Below are positions 49,892 to 54,469 of a stretch of DNA of 54,469 nucleotides, in pieces (the first letter of the stretch is position 1; every line of letters starts with the position of its first letter). Below the pieces are notes generated by a model. The model did not search any database and was not told where the DNA came from. It saw only the letters and a list, made by a program, of their open reading frames with translations. Made by a program: the position numbers and the translations under genes. The stretch comes from Chiloscyllium plagiosum (Eukaryota): the NCBI RefSeq assembly GCF_004010195.1, contig NC_057718.1:86425835-86480303 (forward strand), written 5' to 3'.

Positions 49892-51189
49892 CTGGAAATG
49901 GAAGGATCAGAGTGAAATTTGGTGCATTACACGGAACCACATAGAACTAAACATTCAGTGAGGGACGCAAAAAACAAAAATTCTGAATTAAAGCTGACGG
50001 CACAAAATATCCATGGACGTTTTGGCCAAGCGGGTACTTAAGGTTACATCACTGCTACTCCAGTTAGCAGACCTCATGTTGTCTGTCATCGTGGGTGTGA
50101 CAGACTGAATCACTCAGTAAAATAATGAGTCTGTTCAGAGATGTTATTACACACTTCTGGAGCATGTGGGACTTGAACTCAGACCTTCTGTCTCAGAGGC
50201 AGGAACACTACTGCTATGTCACAAAAGCCAAAACATGCTGAGGACTTGTTGTCACGTGATTTGTATTATCATGCAGGGTCAAAATCCACCCAAACTTTTA
50301 AATTAGCTGTCTGATCATTAGCTCAGCCTCTGTTTTAAAAAAATAGTTCCACACCAGCTCTTTTCAAACTCAAATGAGCCCCAAGATGTAATCCCTAGGG
50401 CCTCAGTAATTAACTGTTTTCAATCAAATAGTGAAAGAGGGACCTGATTGTCACCTATTTCGGGCAGTTTCAGTGAAGGGGTCAGTTTACACAGGCCCAA
50501 TTCCAGTCTGAGACACCAAAAGAAACTAGTGTCAGACCACTTTTAAATAGAAACAATTACTTACAAAAAACAAACAGGCACCTTGGTGGAGTTTATCATT
50601 CAAAGCCTGGTCAGCTCCAGCACTGACCTGGCCCACAGTTACATCCTTCAGTAATGGGAAGGGAAGAGCAAAGCTTCCATCCTCAGGATGTGCACAGTGA
50701 CAGGTAGCTCATGAATAATTTGAAACTCACTGCTTCTGAAATGTGTCCAATGACATTTTCTTCTGTAAAAGTTGAGAAAGAGGTGGTCTGACCATGCTCT
50801 CCTAATGAGCCTGTCAATAAAATGCTGCAAGGCAGCTTGTACCAAGGGATGGGGATGAGCTGGACCCACAATAAACTTCAGTACTTTGGTGGATGTACGG
50901 GATGCTTGTTCTGCCCATTTATGCATGGATTGTGCATCAATCACTCAAAATCAGTGCATGATACCACATTCTGTGGCATCAGGTAGGTGTTGCAAGTCAA
51001 TTGTAGGGTCCCTTCCCCATCTCACTACCTATGTTTCAGGTGCAAAACAGCTAAAAGGAATTTTCCTCCTAGTAATTGAAGTTGCAATTTCAAACAATGA
51101 CTACTACAATCAGCTCAATCACACTAGCAACTCCTTATGTAATTTGATGAATCACACAATGCCTAGTGTAATTAGGTTAGTCAAATATA

Positions 51190-51480
51190 GAAAACAGATG
51201 CAGGAATGGGCCATTCAGCCCTTCCAGCCTGCACTGCTATTCAGTATGATCATAACTGATTATGCGATTTCAGTATTCCATGCCTGCTTTCTCTCCATAC
51301 CCCTTGATCCCTTTAGCTGCAAGGCTCATATCCAGCTCCCTCTTGAACATATCTAATAAACTAGTCCCAACAGCTTCCCGTGGTAGAGAACTCCACAAGT
51401 TCGCAGTTTTCTGCGTGAAGAGATTCTTCCTCATCCTGGTTCTGAATGGCTTACCTGTTATTCTTAGACTGTGACCCCTA
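51190..51480 (-). mobile_element. CR1 3' fragment
   Basis: Homologous to 34305-34590. Confidence 0.7.
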
Positions 51481-53580
51481 GGTCTAAGCTTTGGAAAAGA
51501 GTGAAAAAGACATGTATTCGAGTGGTACCAGTGATAAGCAATTTTAGATATACAGCGAAACTGGGAATGTTCTATTTAATGCAAAGGTGAGTTTTAATAA
51601 GGAATGTTCAAACTTATGAATGGTTTCAACATCATAAATAAGGAGAAATTATTCCAGTGATATAGAATCAGTAACCAGAGGACATATACTTAAGGCAATT
51701 GGGAAAACAATGAGAGGGGATGTGCTGAAACATGGAATTAAAATTCTGTGGAGACACCACAGGCCCTGGAGCTGGAGGTGGCTGGTGACCCCACTTCAGA
51801 CAGGCAGTGGGACCAATGGAGCTATACTGCCAAATGCCCCTGGAGCCACCAGTGAAAGATAGCACCAAACACCCAAGAGCTACCATCTTAATCAGAGTGG
51901 CCATTGCCAAGGCTGTAACTATAGTAAAATAATGTGTCCATCACCCAGATGCCCTTGAAGAAAGGTAAGTTGATTTGGGGAATGGTGGGGGTCAGGGAGA
52001 CAGACTGTAATGACTGGGCTGGTCAAGTGGTAACACTGGAGATTTAGAAGACATCAGGCACACCCTCACACTTTCCCACACCATTTTGCCAGTGATTTTT
52101 ATCTCCCAGCCTAACCTGAAAAGGGCCTGGAAAACCCTGGAAATTATTTTACAGTGAGTTGTTGTAAACTGGGTTACACTGATTGAAATGGATGGAGGAA
52201 GCAGATTCAATGGTATCATTCCAAACAAACTTGGATACTTGAAGGGAGTTTGTTTATAGGGCTACAAGGAGAAAGCAGAGCTGTGTAACTAATTGGATAG
52301 CTCTTCTAGAGAGCCAGCACAGGTACAATGGGTCAAATGGCTGCTTTTGTGCTGCATTATTCTGTGATTCTACATGAATGACCACCAATGCACTAAGAAG
52401 TGTTTCCAAACGCTGGTGGAATAAGTGCTCACAATGTCAAGCAGCAACCATTCATTGAATGGAGTGTCCTTCACATTGAAGGGTCTATGGGTGAATGGAG
52501 GTAAGTCTGAAAAGAACTGTCTTTGCCAAGCCTAAGCAATTTGTCTAAGTCAATATCAAGAAGCCAAGCAGTGAACTGAACATTGGGAGAAAAATCCTTT
52601 GAAAGCATCAATGAGTAGCTTACAGAACGATTAGAATGTGGACTGCACTAATAAATGGAAGAGTTGAGTAAAATAATACCTTCAGTGTAAGCTAGAAAAG
52701 TCAGTGAGAGACAAAGGAATAGAAAAGCAAGATAATAGGGTCAGAATAGGGTCAGAGGAGGCTAGAATGAAACTAAATATTGGCACAAATCAGCCTATAT
52801 TCATCCAATCAATTGGTTTCATAACCTTAAAGACCTCTATCAGCTTAATGCATCAGACTTCACTCTTCTGTAGATAAAAACCTCAGTCAGTTCAGCTTTT
52901 CTTGATGGGTCCAATCTCTCAATTCCAGAATCAATCTGAATAAAACTAATGTTAAACAATAGTTACCAGACTCTGCCTTTTAAATGTGGTCAATGTCCTG
53001 GTTGATATAATCACTTTAGATTGGGAGATGAAGATTAGGGATCAAATATAATGCCGTGGCCAATAAATTCAACAGGGAATTCAGCAGAAACATCTTTATT
53101 CAGGCAATGGCTAAAATGTGAACCTCAGTATCACAAAGAGTAATTTGTTGAGAATGAAGCATTTAAGGTGAATCTAAATGGACATATGAAAACAAAGGAA
53201 ATAGAGGTTACAGTAATAACTTTGGATGAAGAGGGCTAAGCGGAGGCTTGTACAGAGCATGAACAACCATTGAGCCAAATGGTCTGTTTTTATGCTGTGC
53301 TTTTTATCTATTTGTACATAAACATTTCAAGCCTAGGTCTGGTCTTGATATCAGTTGCCAAAGGTGCACACTGACAGCCGAATTAGTGAATTATCTTTTT
53401 ATAGTGTTAAAGGTCGGTTGATAATTCACTGAGATAACAGTAACAGGCATTTTCTTACATTCCACATCTAAGAACAGTGAAAGTATGTGGTTTCTCTCAC
53501 ACAACTTTTTCTTCTCTGCGGCAAAATCGATATTGATATCCCATTGCTGCCCTGTATCACTTTTGAACATAGCACTGGTT

Positions 53581-53850
53581 TTAGATTAGATTAGATTACT
53601 TACAGTGTGGAAACAGGCCCTTCGGCCCAACAAGTCCACACCGCCCCGCCGAAGCGCAACCCACCCATATCCCTACATTTACCCCTTACGAACACTACGG
53701 GCAATTTAGCATGGCCAATTCACCTGACCTGCACATCTTTTGGATTGTGGGAGGAAACCGGAGCACCCGGAGGAAACCCACGCAGACACGGGGAGAACGT
53801 GCAAACTCCACACAGTCAGTCGCCTGAGGCGGGAATTGAATCCGGTTCTC
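53581..53850 (-). mobile_element. Young HE1-like SINE, truncated in the tRNA head
   Basis: Near-identical reverse complement of 28150-28430; (TTAGA)n tail. Confidence 0.88.
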
Positions 53851-54153
53851 GATACTTTACACACCTCTCATGCCAGAGGTCAAACTAGGGATGACGCAAT
53901 GCCTCAGTAATGCTGTCCTGTCAATGGTACAACATTAAATAATGGCACCCAACTACCCTCTTAGGCTAACGTTTAAATTATCATGAAACTATTCGAATAG
54001 AAGAAGAGTTACTTATGTTATTTGATTAGATTCCCTACAGAGTGGAAGAGTGGCCCAACAAGTCCACATCAACCCTTCGAAGAGTAACCCACACAGATCC
54101 ATCTCCCTCTGACTAATGCACCTAATACTATGGACAATTTAGCAAGGCCAATC

Positions 54154-54469
54154 CTCAGAGATACGATTGCCTACGTGCAGGACAGGGGGGTGGACACCTG
54201 CCTCATCAGCCTGGACCAGGAGAAAGCCTTTGACAGGATATCGCATACATATATGAGGGATGTCCTCTCCAAAATGGGCTTCGGGGAGGGAATCGCTAAT
54301 TGGATCAGACTGCTCTACACCAACATTGTCAGTGCAGTCTCAATCAATGGGTGGGAATCAGATAGCTTCCCAGTCAGATCTGGAGTCAGGCAGGGCTGCC
54401 CTCTCTCTCCTGCCTTGTTTGTGTGTTGCATAGAGCCATTTGCCGAGTCCATCAGGAAGGATGCGAGCC
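54154..54469 (+). mobile_element. L1/Tx1-clade non-LTR retrotransposon RT fragment (runs off the window)
   Basis: Open frame LRDTIAYVQDRGVDTCLISLDQEKAFDRISH..SGVRQGCPLSPALFVCCIEPFAESIRKD. Confidence 0.9.

Noticed and set aside
49892..54469. IYD exon 1
   Set aside because: No membrane-anchor or PWVDEDL-like exon found on the - strand by eye; probably outside the window.

Overview
Repeat-rich vertebrate genomic DNA, most likely from a cartilaginous fish (shark-type tRNA-derived SINEs, CR1 LINEs and Penelope elements), with four N gaps. Genes: (i) a tandem cluster of two-exon class A GPCR genes of the GPR139/GPR142-like type on the + strand, with two intact copies (9396-11150, 338 aa; 24670-26518, 327 aa) and a dead promoter+exon-1 copy between them (19441-19510); (ii) iodotyrosine deiodinase (IYD) coding exons 2-5 on the - strand (49891 to 36822), convergent with the cluster; (iii) an isolated, decayed tankyrase exon. 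The rest is mostly CR1/L2-type LINEs (one near full-length), Penelope-like elements, SINEs and a Tx1-type RT fragment. Most notable: about a dozen dispersed minimal hammerhead-ribozyme motifs carried by Penelope termini and by 80-270 bp TSD-flanked, sometimes palindromic, mini-elements; both GPCRs lack both cysteines of the conserved TM3-ECL2 disulfide; and the GPCR paralogues show a mosaic of near-identical intracellular and diverged pocket-forming segments. Family assignments come from recalled motifs, not database searches, and repeat boundaries are approximate.
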